Notes: generated by a model not told the origin, from the sequence alone. DNA of 35,126 nucleotides from Steroidobacteraceae bacterium (GCA_035516875.1 DATIZW010000084.1:1-35126), one strand, 5' to 3'. Positions 25,186 through 34,190 are shown, counted from the stretch's first letter. Numbers and translations are program-made.

Positions 25186-26346
25186 TCACTGTTGCAAATC
25201 ACCGCCCATCACGTTCCGGTAGATGTCAAAGAGACGCTCGGCATAGGCTTGCGGGGAAAATCGGCGCAGCGAATCCTGCGCCGCCTGGCCGAGCGCCGCG
25301 GCACGCGCCGCGTCGTCCACCAGCGTCGACAAGGCGCGCGCGAGGCAGTCGACGTCCGCCGGCGGGACCAGCAGTGCGTCGCGCCCGTCCGCAACCACCT
25401 CGGGAATGCCGCCCACGGCCGTGGCGATGATAGGCAGTGCGGCCGCCATCGCCTCGAAGAGGACCAGCGGCGATCCTTCGGTATGCGACGGCAGCACGAA
25501 CAGGTTGGCGATGCAGAAATACGGCCAAGGATCCGGCACGTGCCCGGTGAACACGACCCGGTCGCCCAGGTCGGACGCCTGCGACATCAAGGCGGCGCGT
25601 TCACCGCCGTCGCCGACCAGCAGCAGCCTGCAGCGGTTCGGTGGACGTCGCTCAAGCAGGCGGCGGAATGCCCGCACCAGATCCGCATGCCCTTTCTCGT
25701 GCGACAGGCGCCCGACCGAGGTGATGAGCAGGTCGTGCGTGTCGAGGCCGAGCGCGGCGCGCACGGCGGCAAGTTGCGCCGCCGGCGGGCGCGGCCTGGG
25801 AGCGACCGCGTTGGAAATGACTACGGTGCGCTCGGCGGCCACGCCGCGCGCCTGCAGCTGAGTCACGAACGGGCGACAGAGGGTTACGACGCGGTCCGCG
25901 TGCCGCAGCGACAGACGGTCCAGCTGCTGGTAGAAGCGCACCCGCCAGCTCATCCTGGTGTAGCCGTGGTGATAGGCCACCCAGCGGGGGCCCGCGACCG
26001 CGCCGCGGCGGCGCAGCAGCCAGAAAAGGAAGTGACTCTTGAAGTCGTGGGTTTCGACGATGTCGGGAGCACGCGCGCGGATGCAGCGCGCCAGATGAGC
26101 GAGGACCGCAGGGTCGAACAGGAAGCGCTCCGGAACGACATCGACCTGCAACTGGTCGGCGCGCGCCGCACGCAGCATCTCGTTGTCGGACGGCGCGCCG
26201 TGCCCGCGCACGCGCTGCGTCGTCAGCAGCGTGTGGATGACGGGCGGCTCACCGGCGATGCCGGCGCGGGCCAGCCCCGAGAACATCAGCAGCGGCTTCA
26301 GTGGTCCGGTGAGCGAAGACGCCTCGACGATAGAAAGCAGACGCAA
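25186..26346 (-). CDS. Glycosyltransferase family 4 (GT-B)
   Basis: Motifs LITSVGRLSHEKGHADLVRAF and PSHTEGSPLVLFEAMAAALPIIATAVGGIPEVV. The TTG start at 26346 lies 7 nt after the upstream TGA, and GAGG overlaps that stop. Confidence 0.85.
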   Translation of the reverse strand: MRLLSIVEASSLTGPLKPLLMFSGLARAGIAGEPPVIHTLLTTQRVRGHGAPSDNEMLRAARADQLQVDVVPERFLFDPAVLAHLARCIRARAPDIVETHDFKSHFLFWLLRRRGAVAGPRWVAYHHGYTRMSWRVRFYQQLDRLSLRHADRVVTLCRPFVTQLQARGVAAERTVVISNAVAPRPRPPAAQLAAVRAALGLDTHDLLITSVGRLSHEKGHADLVRAFRRLLERRPPNRCRLLLVGDGGERAALMSQASDLGDRVVFTGHVPDPWPYFCIANLFVLPSHTEGSPLVLFEAMAAALPIIATAVGGIPEVVADGRDALLVPPADVDCLARALSTLVDDAARAAALGQAAQDSLRRFSPQAYAERLFDIYRNVMGGDLQQ

Positions 26347-26353
26347 GCAGGCC

Positions 26354-27247
26354 TCAGGGGTCCGCGGGCGGCGCGCCCTGCTCCTCTCCGTAGCCTGAGT
26401 AGTCGTAGTAGTCGTAGCCGCCGCCTCTCCTGAAGGCAGTCTGGTTGAGAATCAGGCCTTGCAGTTTCCTATTATCGACCATCGCCGCCGCATCCAGGAT
26501 AGCCTGCCGCGGAGTTGCGCCCGTACGCACGACGAGCACCACCTGTCCGGGAATCCGCAGCAGAGTGCGCCCCTCGCTCGATACCAGCAGCGGCGCGGAG
26601 TCGAATATCGCGATCCGCGGCGGATCGCGCACGCCGAGACGCGCGGCGACCTCGTCCATGCGCGCACTGGCGAAGAGCTCGGGAGCGCCTTCCACGAATT
26701 TGCCGGCGGGCAGAATCTGCAGCCGGGGTATATCCGTCTCCACGATCAGCGATTCCACCGGCACGGACGGATCGCCGAGCGCATCTAGCAGCCCGCGCGC
26801 GTCGCGCAGACCAAACACCTCGCTGACCCGTCGCTTGGGCGCGTCCGCGTCGACCAGCAGCACGCCTACGTCACGCTCACGCGCGATGCTGAGAGCAAGA
26901 TTGATGCTGGTGAAGGTTTTGCCGTCGCCGGGCAATGCACTCGAGACGAGTATCAGGCGCATGTCCGGTCCGCCGGCCAGCGCCTTGTCGACCAGCGGGC
27001 GTTTGATCTGGCGAAAATGATCCGCGAAACGCCGCTCGAGGCCGCTCTCGGGCAGATAGCCCGCAGCGCGCAGCGCCGGCAGATCGGTCGCCACGTGCTT
27101 GAGGACGTAGGCGGGCCTGGGCGCAACCGCCACCGCGGGCGCCTGCGGCGCACTGGCCGCAGCCGGGCGCGCCGTCAGCACGGTCGCGGCGGTCTCCGGC
27201 GCACCGCTGCGGCGCAGCTTTGCCAGCGCGCTTTCGATGATGCTCAC
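26354..27247 (-). CDS. Exopolysaccharide tyrosine-autokinase-like P-loop ATPase (EpsG / PEP-CTERM-locus type)
   Basis: Walker A VSSALPGDGKTFTS, Walker A' VLLVDAD, Walker B IAIFDSAPLL. C-terminal Tyr cluster GGGYDYYDYSGYGEE. The GTG start overlaps the upstream TGA (GTGA). Confidence 0.8.
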   Translation of the reverse strand: MSIIESALAKLRRSGAPETAATVLTARPAAASAPQAPAVAVAPRPAYVLKHVATDLPALRAAGYLPESGLERRFADHFRQIKRPLVDKALAGGPDMRLILVSSALPGDGKTFTSINLALSIARERDVGVLLVDADAPKRRVSEVFGLRDARGLLDALGDPSVPVESLIVETDIPRLQILPAGKFVEGAPELFASARMDEVAARLGVRDPPRIAIFDSAPLLVSSEGRTLLRIPGQVVLVVRTGATPRQAILDAAAMVDNRKLQGLILNQTAFRRGGGYDYYDYSGYGEEQGAPPADP

Positions 27248-28863
27248 AGGTTCACCATCTGCCTCAGTGCCGTGAGACTCAGGCGATAGCCCTGCAGACC
27301 CAGGATGAAGACCACGAGAGAAACCGCGGCGAGGCAGCCGCTCGCGACGGCGATACGCAGCAGCTCCCGCTGCCTGCGGCGGCGCGCCCGCTCGGGGAAG
27401 GCAACGCTCACCTGGCCGAGGACCGGTACTCCCACCGCCTCCGTGAGAGCGCTCGCCGACGTGACCACCGGGCGCAGATAGTGCAGCCCGTACGCCAACG
27501 CTGCCCCTGCGCCGAGTGCCGCGAGCAGCGCCTCGGCGATCAGCCGCGGCCGCTTGGGTGACACCGGGCGCAGGCTCGCGGTCGGCGGTTGCACGATCTC
27601 GAAGCGCACCGATCCCGCGGTGTCGGCGCGCTCTTCGATGCGCGCCTTCTGCAGCTTATCGAGCAAGGCCGTGTACTGAGCCTTGTTCACGTCGTAGTCG
27701 CGGTTCAGCTGTTGAAACTCGGCCTCGACCTGCGGCGCGCTGTTCAGATAGCTGCGCAGCTCCGCGACCTTGGCCTCGTGCACGCTCAGCTGGGTATGCA
27801 GATCGGCGATCTCGACATCGGTCTCGTTGAGCTTCAGCTGCACGCTCTGGTAGACGGGATTGCTGCTGGCGCGACTCGAAGCCGCCGCTGCGGCATCGCC
27901 CTCCCGCAGCTGCTCGATCTCGACGGTACGCCGCTTCTTGAGATCTTCGAGCGTCTGCCGCGCCGCGATGACATCAGGGTGCTTGTCCGTGAACCGCAGC
28001 AACAGTTCATCGAGGTGCGCCTGCGCAGCGTCGATGCGCGACAGCGTGTCGGTGGCCGTCGAGCCGGAGCCGGCGCCAGTCGGCGGCGCCGCGGCGACCG
28101 CGACGTCGCCGTGCAGCTGCCGCAACAGGGTCGCCCGGCGCGACTCCGCCTCGGCGAGCTTGGCCTTCAGGTCGGCGACCTTCTCCTGCTCCGTCTGCAG
28201 TTCCGCGAAGTAGCCCCCCTGCTCGTTCGGCATGAGCCCCATATGCTTCTTCTTGAAGTCTGCCAGGCGGTCCTCCGCCGCGCGCAGACGCTGCTCGTAG
28301 TCGTGCAGCTGTGCCACCAGGAACTGCTGCACCGTCTCCGACCCCTCGCGCTTGCCGCCGAGGGTCTGGTTGACGAACATGTCGAGCAGAATCCCGACTA
28401 TCTTCAGTGTGCGCGCGCGATTGCGACCCTGATAGACGATGCGATAGATGGTACCCGCCGTGCTGCGCTCCTCCTCGCGACCGCTGGCACTATGTACCTC
28501 GATGTCGATCCGCTGGGCCAGGCCGGTGAGCAGCTGCTCCTCCACGTGCGGGTCTATCGGGTAGGACGGCAGCAGCTCGGACTCGCGCGCAATGCGCTCG
28601 AGCTGTGGGCCGGCGAGCAGGGACTGGCGCACGAAGTTGATCTCCGTGTCGACATCCTCATCGATCGTCAGCCCCTGAAGCACCGGCCGCAGCGGCGTGC
28701 GGGTGTCCACGAACACCCGCGCTTCGGCCTCGTAGAGGTCGGGCAGCGAGAACACTACCACCCACGAGACGATCGCCAGCACCACTGCAGTCGCAAATGC
28801 CCACCAGCGGAAGCGCCAGGCGCCGCGGACCTCGTCCAGGACCTGGTTGACGAGCGGATTCAT
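27244..28863 (-). CDS. Polysaccharide chain-length determinant (Wzz-domain PCP, EpsF / PEP-CTERM-locus type)
   Basis: N-terminus MNPLVNQVLDEVRGAWRFRWWAFATAVVLAIVSWVVVFSLPDLYEAEARVFVD (TM helix plus Wzz motif). Long coiled-coil periplasmic region. Second TM helix LIAEALLAALGAGAALAYGLHYL. No kinase domain, which is encoded separately downstream. Confidence 0.85.
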   Translation of the reverse strand: MNPLVNQVLDEVRGAWRFRWWAFATAVVLAIVSWVVVFSLPDLYEAEARVFVDTRTPLRPVLQGLTIDEDVDTEINFVRQSLLAGPQLERIARESELLPSYPIDPHVEEQLLTGLAQRIDIEVHSASGREEERSTAGTIYRIVYQGRNRARTLKIVGILLDMFVNQTLGGKREGSETVQQFLVAQLHDYEQRLRAAEDRLADFKKKHMGLMPNEQGGYFAELQTEQEKVADLKAKLAEAESRRATLLRQLHGDVAVAAAPPTGAGSGSTATDTLSRIDAAQAHLDELLLRFTDKHPDVIAARQTLEDLKKRRTVEIEQLREGDAAAAASSRASSNPVYQSVQLKLNETDVEIADLHTQLSVHEAKVAELRSYLNSAPQVEAEFQQLNRDYDVNKAQYTALLDKLQKARIEERADTAGSVRFEIVQPPTASLRPVSPKRPRLIAEALLAALGAGAALAYGLHYLRPVVTSASALTEAVGVPVLGQVSVAFPERARRRRQRELLRIAVASGCLAAVSLVVFILGLQGYRLSLTALRQMVNL

Positions 28864-29195
28864 GTCGCAGGCACCATCTCACAGTACAGCGCCCGTCGCC
28901 ACTGACCACACAGCCGCTCCACTTGCAAGCGGGGCCGAGCGGCGGCGCGCGCCGCGCGGGTTCCCTTCGCCCATCGCGTCAGGTCCTGCATGAGCAGGTT
29001 GAAGACATCCGAGGCCGGCATGATCGGGCGAAATGTTATCCCACCCATCCCGGCACCAGTTCCACGACGCCGATCAATGTGAAGCAGCGCACGTCGGCGG
29101 GTTTTACGCGACCGCCCGCAACTCCCCGGCGCCAGTCCCACAGCGGTGCGCGTCCATAAAATTACATGTAGATCAACTGCTTAAGGCCAAAACCT

Positions 29196-30317
29196 TCACG
29201 CGCTGCGCGGCGCGAAAGTGCCCTTGAGACGCAAAAAGTGCAGCTCCAGCGCGTGGTAGCTGCAGACGGCCAGCAGGTAGCTGACCAGCAGCAGTGCCAG
29301 CGCGTAACCGAATACCACGAGCGACGGAGGCTGCGCACCGAAGGTGCGCGCGAGCCACGGCTCGCCGAGCAGCTTGTGCAGGAGATTGTGAAAGACGTAC
29401 ATGGCATAGCTGTACTTCCCGCAGGAGCGCAACGGCGCCCAGGTGAGCACCCCGGCGAGGCGCACGCGGGCCGGGTCGGACAGGGCAGCCCAGACGACGA
29501 ACGCCGCCGATGAGAACGCGAGCAGCGAGTAGCCGAGGGTCGCGCCGCTCCGGCCGTCCGGGGCGTAGAAATGCGTCAGCGGGATTCCCACGAGGAATAC
29601 CACCGGGGCAAGGGCACCCAGCTGCTGCAGCCGCGGCAGGAGTCGTTGCCGAAGTGCCGCCACGCGCACGGCGCACGCGCCTGCGCCGCCGAGGGCGAGA
29701 GCATCCATGCGGCAGGCTGTGTTGGCGTACAGCGTCCACGCGCTGACATCGTACGCTGCGAGCACGCATCGCAGCAGCAACGCCCCGACGGCGATCCACA
29801 GGCATGCCTTCAGCATCCGGCTGGCCGGCAGACCGTAAGTGAGCAGCGGCCAGATGAGGTAGAACTGCTCCTCGACGGCCAGCGACCAGAAGTGACCGAA
29901 CCCGTAGGGGAGCGATGCTGCCCAGTTGGCGGTGAAGAGCCACAACGGCGCCTGGTGCTGGTTGCTGTACGGCGGACCCAGAGAAGCCAGCCACGGTAGT
30001 AGAACCAGCAGCACCAGCAGCACCATGTAGTACAGCGGCAGGATGCGCAACGCGCGGCGGGCGTAGAAATCACGAAAATAGTGGCGCGTCCCGCGGGCGT
30101 CGAGCAGTCCGCCGGTGATGAGGAATCCCGACAGCGCGAAGAACAGCTGCACGCCGATCCAGCCCGGATTGGCCACTACGAGCAGCGCATGCAGCAGCGG
30201 GCTGGAAGGCGCCGCAGCCCCGGCGAGGGCGTTGTGAAGGACCACCCAGACGATGGCCAGCCCCCGGATACCGTCGAGAGCCGGAATGGATCGCCGCAAT
30301 GCGGATGGGTCGGGCAT
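29196..30317 (-). CDS. Membrane acyltransferase family 3
   Basis: Signature IPALDGIRGLAIVWVVLHNA, multi-TM. Start taken at ATG 30317 (MPDPSALRRS), 41 nt after the upstream stop. Confidence 0.85.
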   Translation of the reverse strand: MPDPSALRRSIPALDGIRGLAIVWVVLHNALAGAAAPSSPLLHALLVVANPGWIGVQLFFALSGFLITGGLLDARGTRHYFRDFYARRALRILPLYYMVLLVLLVLLPWLASLGPPYSNQHQAPLWLFTANWAASLPYGFGHFWSLAVEEQFYLIWPLLTYGLPASRMLKACLWIAVGALLLRCVLAAYDVSAWTLYANTACRMDALALGGAGACAVRVAALRQRLLPRLQQLGALAPVVFLVGIPLTHFYAPDGRSGATLGYSLLAFSSAAFVVWAALSDPARVRLAGVLTWAPLRSCGKYSYAMYVFHNLLHKLLGEPWLARTFGAQPPSLVVFGYALALLLVSYLLAVCSYHALELHFLRLKGTFAPRSA

Positions 30318-30358
30318 ACGAGCGGGATTGCCGGGTGCCTCAGCGGGCGGCGGGGCGC

Positions 30359-31411
30359 TCAGGCCCAATGGCCGGCGCGATCCTCGTGCAGAAAGGCGGC
30401 GTCGTTGTCCAGCATCTGTACCCGCAACGGCGCCGGCGGCAGCGCCGTGGTGTCCGTGGGTCGCAGCCACACTGGAGTCTCGCAACGGGCGTGAAAACCG
30501 CAGCCGGTGAGCGCGGCGGCGAGCAGCGGGTCGTTGGCCCAGATCACCACCTCGGCGGCCTGAGCGTCCAGCCTGGCCTGCTCGACCGCGCAGAGAATCA
30601 TGGCGCGCCAGTCTGCGGCCTCATCCGAATCTATCCAGCAGTCGACGATGCGCACCTGGCCCGGCACAGCGGCGAGCATGAAGTAGCCGCGCGTCCGGCC
30701 CGCGTACTCCACCGCAAACAGCGCAAGCGGAACGACCGGACAGGCAAGTACATAGTGAAAGAGCTCGACGCTGCGCTCGATCACGGCCATGCCCCGAGCG
30801 GGGCGCGGCAGCACGTCAGCAATTCTCGAGACGTCAGCGCCACTGAGCCGGCGTACTTGCCAATTGGCGTCGCGGCTGCGCGGCGCGGCGAGCGCCCAGG
30901 CGAGGCTGCGCGCACAGCGCAGCAACCGCCTCGGCAAAGGCGTACCACGCTCCCGCAGCAGACGCAGCGGAAATAGTGTGCGCACGTAACCCGTGACGAC
31001 ACCCGCCCGCCTGAAGCCGACCTCGGGAAGAATCCGCAGCGTCGCCGCGCTGCCGCCGATAGCGAGCAAGGCCGCCTGCCTGCCGATATGCTTCAGCAGC
31101 GCGACGCCCGCGCCCGCCGCCGCGCCGCGCGCCGCCCAGTCGATGAGATGAATGACCGCCACGCGCTGCGCCTGCCAGCGGCACCATCCCGGAATGAGCG
31201 CGGCGTGCGCGATCGGCTCGGCGCCCTCGGTCAGGACGAAGGAGCGTGCTCCGGGCCAGTCGGCGCGCGGCAGCCAATACTTCCAGACAAGCTCCTGCGG
31301 CTCGCCACTCGGCCGCAGGCCGGCGTCTCTCAGCAAACCGACCACCACGCCCGCGTCGGTTGCCGTCGTCGGACGGATCGAACGCCTCATCGCCTGCGCC
31401 CCCTGGGGCAC
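30359..31411 (-). CDS. Tandem GNAT-fold acyltransferase-like protein (paralog A)
   Basis: N-terminal domain IAHAALIPGWCRWQAQRVAVIHLIDWAARGAAAGAGVALLKHI (a beta4-alpha3 CoA-loop-like segment). Second domain GYFMLAAVPGQVRIVDCWIDS...AEVVIWANDPLLAAALTGCGF. GTG 31411 is preceded by TGAGG with a 5-nt spacer. Alternative start: ATG 31390. Confidence 0.55.
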   Translation of the reverse strand: MPQGAQAMRRSIRPTTATDAGVVVGLLRDAGLRPSGEPQELVWKYWLPRADWPGARSFVLTEGAEPIAHAALIPGWCRWQAQRVAVIHLIDWAARGAAAGAGVALLKHIGRQAALLAIGGSAATLRILPEVGFRRAGVVTGYVRTLFPLRLLRERGTPLPRRLLRCARSLAWALAAPRSRDANWQVRRLSGADVSRIADVLPRPARGMAVIERSVELFHYVLACPVVPLALFAVEYAGRTRGYFMLAAVPGQVRIVDCWIDSDEAADWRAMILCAVEQARLDAQAAEVVIWANDPLLAAALTGCGFHARCETPVWLRPTDTTALPPAPLRVQMLDNDAAFLHEDRAGHWA

Positions 31412-31596
31412 TCGAGCCTCACGTCCAACATTCGGTTAGAAAGCCATCCAGTCATGACGCCTCGCGGCCGTCTCGCCCGCCTCGGCGCAAGCGCGGCCAC
31501 GTGACCGTAGCGGCTCGAGTGAGCCTCGGCGGCCCGCCGGGTCGTCGCGCCGAGCCATGCTAACATCCGCGCGAATTTCGAGTTTCGCCTGAACAA

Positions 31597-32751
31597 ATGC
31601 CTGAGCCCCTGAAAGTCCGTCGGCTGAGTGAAGCGGACGCGGACTCGATCGCGGAATTCTTCCGGGCAGCCGCATGGGATCCTGCTGCCACCTCCGACAG
31701 CGTACTGGAGATGTTCCGAACCGCGGCGGCGGCCAATCCCTTTGAGCCCGGCAAGGGACCGCCAACGGTAGGCGTATTCGCCGGCACCCGTCTGGTCGCT
31801 TACGTGACCTCCATTCCGGCGCGCTTCTGGAACGGCAGCGAACACGCGGCGGCCCACTGGATCAAGGGGTACTGGGTCCTCGAGGAACACCGCAACGGTC
31901 CCATAGGTTTCCTGCTCCTGAGGGAGCTGCTGAGGCATCTGGGACTTGCTGCCTCGATGCCCGCCGCGCTTCTGCCGCGGCGATTATCGACCGCGCTGGG
32001 CATGGTCGACCTGGGCGCCGTGCGCGACTACGTGGACCCGCTGCGCCCTGGGCGCATCCTTCGCAAGGTCGATTTCGGGCGCCTCGAGCACCTCAGCGGC
32101 CTGCCGGCTGCGGTATCGCTCGGCGTCCGGGTGGCAAAGTCCGCGCCAGTTGCCGCTGTGATCGGCACGCTCGTCACGCTCGGCCTGGGAGCAATGCGGC
32201 TGCCAGGCGCGCTAACCGGGCACGGGCTGACCACCATCCTCGCGAAGCGGCTGCCGGAGGCGGCAGCGCTCGATGGTCTGTGGGCTCGTGCGCAGCGCGA
32301 CCTGCGCTGCTCCGCCACACGCTCGGGTGCTTATTTGGCCTGGCGCTATGGGAACGGCGCAAACGGACGTTATTGCTTCGCGTCGGTCTACCGCGGCGCT
32401 GAGCTCGTGGCCCTGGCCGTGCTGGCGCACCCGCAGCGAACCGACGACTCGAGGATCGCGGGGCTCGGCATCGGCTCGGTAGTCGATCTGGTACTCGACC
32501 CGGGCTGCCCGGCCGCGCTGCCGCGCGTGCTGGCGGTCGCGCGCCGCTGGGCAAGGTCGGCCAACTACGACGCGCTGCTGCTGACCGCCTCCCGTGGCGC
32601 GCTGCGGGGGCCGCTGCTCAGGGCCGGGTTCATTCGAATGCCCGGTAACATTCACCTGCTGCTCCGCGACCCCGGCGGCCGGCACGGGCTCAGCACCGAT
32701 CTGAGTGCCTGGATGGTCACGCGCGGCGATGCCTGGGGCGATCATCTCTGA
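31597..32751 (+). CDS. Tandem GNAT-fold acyltransferase-like protein (paralog B)
   Basis: Same two-domain layout as 30359-31411: VRRLSEADADSIAEFF...VAYVTSIPARFWNGSEHAAAHWIKGYWVLEEHRNGPIGFLLLRELL, and C-terminal ELVALAVLAHP...VVDLVLDPGCPAALPRVLAVARRWARSANYDALLLTAS...LLRAGF. Confidence 0.55.
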   Translation: MPEPLKVRRLSEADADSIAEFFRAAAWDPAATSDSVLEMFRTAAAANPFEPGKGPPTVGVFAGTRLVAYVTSIPARFWNGSEHAAAHWIKGYWVLEEHRNGPIGFLLLRELLRHLGLAASMPAALLPRRLSTALGMVDLGAVRDYVDPLRPGRILRKVDFGRLEHLSGLPAAVSLGVRVAKSAPVAAVIGTLVTLGLGAMRLPGALTGHGLTTILAKRLPEAAALDGLWARAQRDLRCSATRSGAYLAWRYGNGANGRYCFASVYRGAELVALAVLAHPQRTDDSRIAGLGIGSVVDLVLDPGCPAALPRVLAVARRWARSANYDALLLTASRGALRGPLLRAGFIRMPGNIHLLLRDPGGRHGLSTDLSAWMVTRGDAWGDHL

Positions 32752-32758
32752 GGCGCCC

Positions 32759-33772
32759 ATGACCCGCACCAGCGTCTCATTCCCGGGCGGCAGACAGTTT
32801 GCGTTCACGATCTTCGATGACACGGACATCGCGACGCTCGAGTACATTCGCCCGATCTATGAGCTCCTGGACCGGCTCGGGTTTCGCACCACGAAAACAG
32901 TCTGGCCGCTGCCGTACCACGGCCCGAGCGACTATCAGGGGTCGGACTCCCTCGAAGACCGGGCGTATGCGAGCTACATGCGGGAGCTTCAGGCGCGCGG
33001 CTTCGAGATCGCCTTTCACGGCGCCCGTATGGAGTCCAGCACGCGGGCGCAGATCGAGGCAGCGTTCGAAGTCTACGAGCAGGCGCTGGGCAATCACCCG
33101 ACCGCCTACGCGGCCCATGGACACAACCGCGACAACCTGTACTGGGGAGTCGATCGCTTCCGCTTCCGACTGTGGCGTTGGTTGTACGGCGCGCTCGCTG
33201 GTCGCCACGAGGGGCCTGCCGAGGGTCATCGCACAAACTCGCCTTATTACTGGGCTGACCTGGCCGAGCGACACCTGCGTTACGTACGCAGCTTCACGTA
33301 CGACGAGTTGAACCTGTGGAACATCACCTCCGCCGTGCCTTATCGGACTGCCGGCACTCCGGGCGTCGCCGCGTTCTTTCCCAGCTCTTTTGCCGACAAC
33401 GTGCAGGAGTTCATCGAGTTGCTGAGTCCGACGCGTCAGGCGCAACTCGAACGCGAACGCGGCCTGTGCATCGTCAGCACTCATTTTGGCAAAGGCTTCG
33501 TGCGCGACGGCCGCGTCCACCCAGCGGTGACCGAGCTCCTGACTCAGCTGTCGCAGCGTCCCGGTTGGTTCCAGCCGGTGTCGACCCTGCTCGATCACCT
33601 CGCGGGCGCGCAGGGCGGGCCTGTAATGCTCGAGGGTTACGCGCTGTTTCGTCTGGAAGCGCTGTGGTTCTGGCACAGCCTTCGCAGCCGCGGCAGGCAG
33701 CGGCCCTACGATAAGACCGAGCTGCCCTACCTGCAGCGTGCTGCCGCCCGGCGCGCCACCCACTCATCCTGA
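32759..33772 (+). CDS. Divergent polysaccharide-deacetylase-like (CE4-like) protein
   Basis: FAFTIFDDTDIATLEYIRPIYELLDRLGF (Asp-Asp motif in a NodB-like context) and FEIAFHGARMES. ATG 32759 is preceded by GAGG with a 5-nt spacer and lies 7 nt after the upstream TGA. Confidence 0.5.
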   Translation: MTRTSVSFPGGRQFAFTIFDDTDIATLEYIRPIYELLDRLGFRTTKTVWPLPYHGPSDYQGSDSLEDRAYASYMRELQARGFEIAFHGARMESSTRAQIEAAFEVYEQALGNHPTAYAAHGHNRDNLYWGVDRFRFRLWRWLYGALAGRHEGPAEGHRTNSPYYWADLAERHLRYVRSFTYDELNLWNITSAVPYRTAGTPGVAAFFPSSFADNVQEFIELLSPTRQAQLERERGLCIVSTHFGKGFVRDGRVHPAVTELLTQLSQRPGWFQPVSTLLDHLAGAQGGPVMLEGYALFRLEALWFWHSLRSRGRQRPYDKTELPYLQRAAARRATHSS

Positions 33773-33807
33773 GCCCGGCGGGCGGGGCCGGCGACCGGGC
33801 GCGCCGC

Positions 33808-34190
33808 TCAGGCGGGATTCTCGAGGCTGAACGCCTGCCAATGGTCGTCGTAGGCGAACACTTCTCCCTAGCGGCCCCAGCTGATGATGGTGCGCAGCGT
33901 CTGCTCCGCGGCGTCCTCGGCGATGCAGTCCTCGAGCTCGTCGAGGAAGCGGCTCTTCGGCGCGGTGTGACACGCACGCTCATCGAGCGCGCGGCGAATG
34001 TGCGCCGCGAGCGGCCGTAGGTGATCAGCTGCCGCGCGAAGAGCTTCTTGCGCTCGTCGGTCTCGCCGCTCGCAAATTCGAGTCCCGCCTTGGTGAGGCG
34101 GATGTCGCCGCCTTCGACCTCGGCGAGCCGCAGCATCTGCAGCGCCTCGGCCGCCGGAAACAGCTCATCTGGATTCCCCCGCGCCCGGCG
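33808..34190 (-). pseudogene. Decayed 3' remnant of an ABC-transporter ATPase gene (C-terminal AAA-associated domain, NitT/TauT-type)
   Basis: One frame reads DELFPAAEALQMLRLAEVEGGDIRLTKAGLEFASGETDERKKLFARQLITY. It continues in another frame as PLAAHIRRALDERACHTAPKSRFLDELEDCIAEDAAEQTLRTIISWGR*GEVFAYDDHWQAFSLENPA. There is a frameshift near 34013-34017 and an in-frame TAG at 33868-33870. The ATPase domain is missing. Confidence 0.55.

Noticed and set aside
25153-25188. The GT gene (25186-26346) and the Wzy-like gene share one reading frame, separated only by a TGA. This raised the possibility of stop-codon read-through giving a fusion protein.
   Set aside because: The 11 codons after the TGA have A/T-rich third positions, unlike coding sequence here, and include a Shine-Dalgarno sequence. 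This fits an intergenic spacer with re-initiation rather than read-through.
33670-33685. Sigma-54-like sequence TGGCACAGCCTTCGCA on the + strand.
   Set aside because: It lies inside the 3' end of the CE4-like coding region, with no downstream + strand gene for about 530 nt. The -12 element is TCGC, not TTGC. It is probably a chance match.
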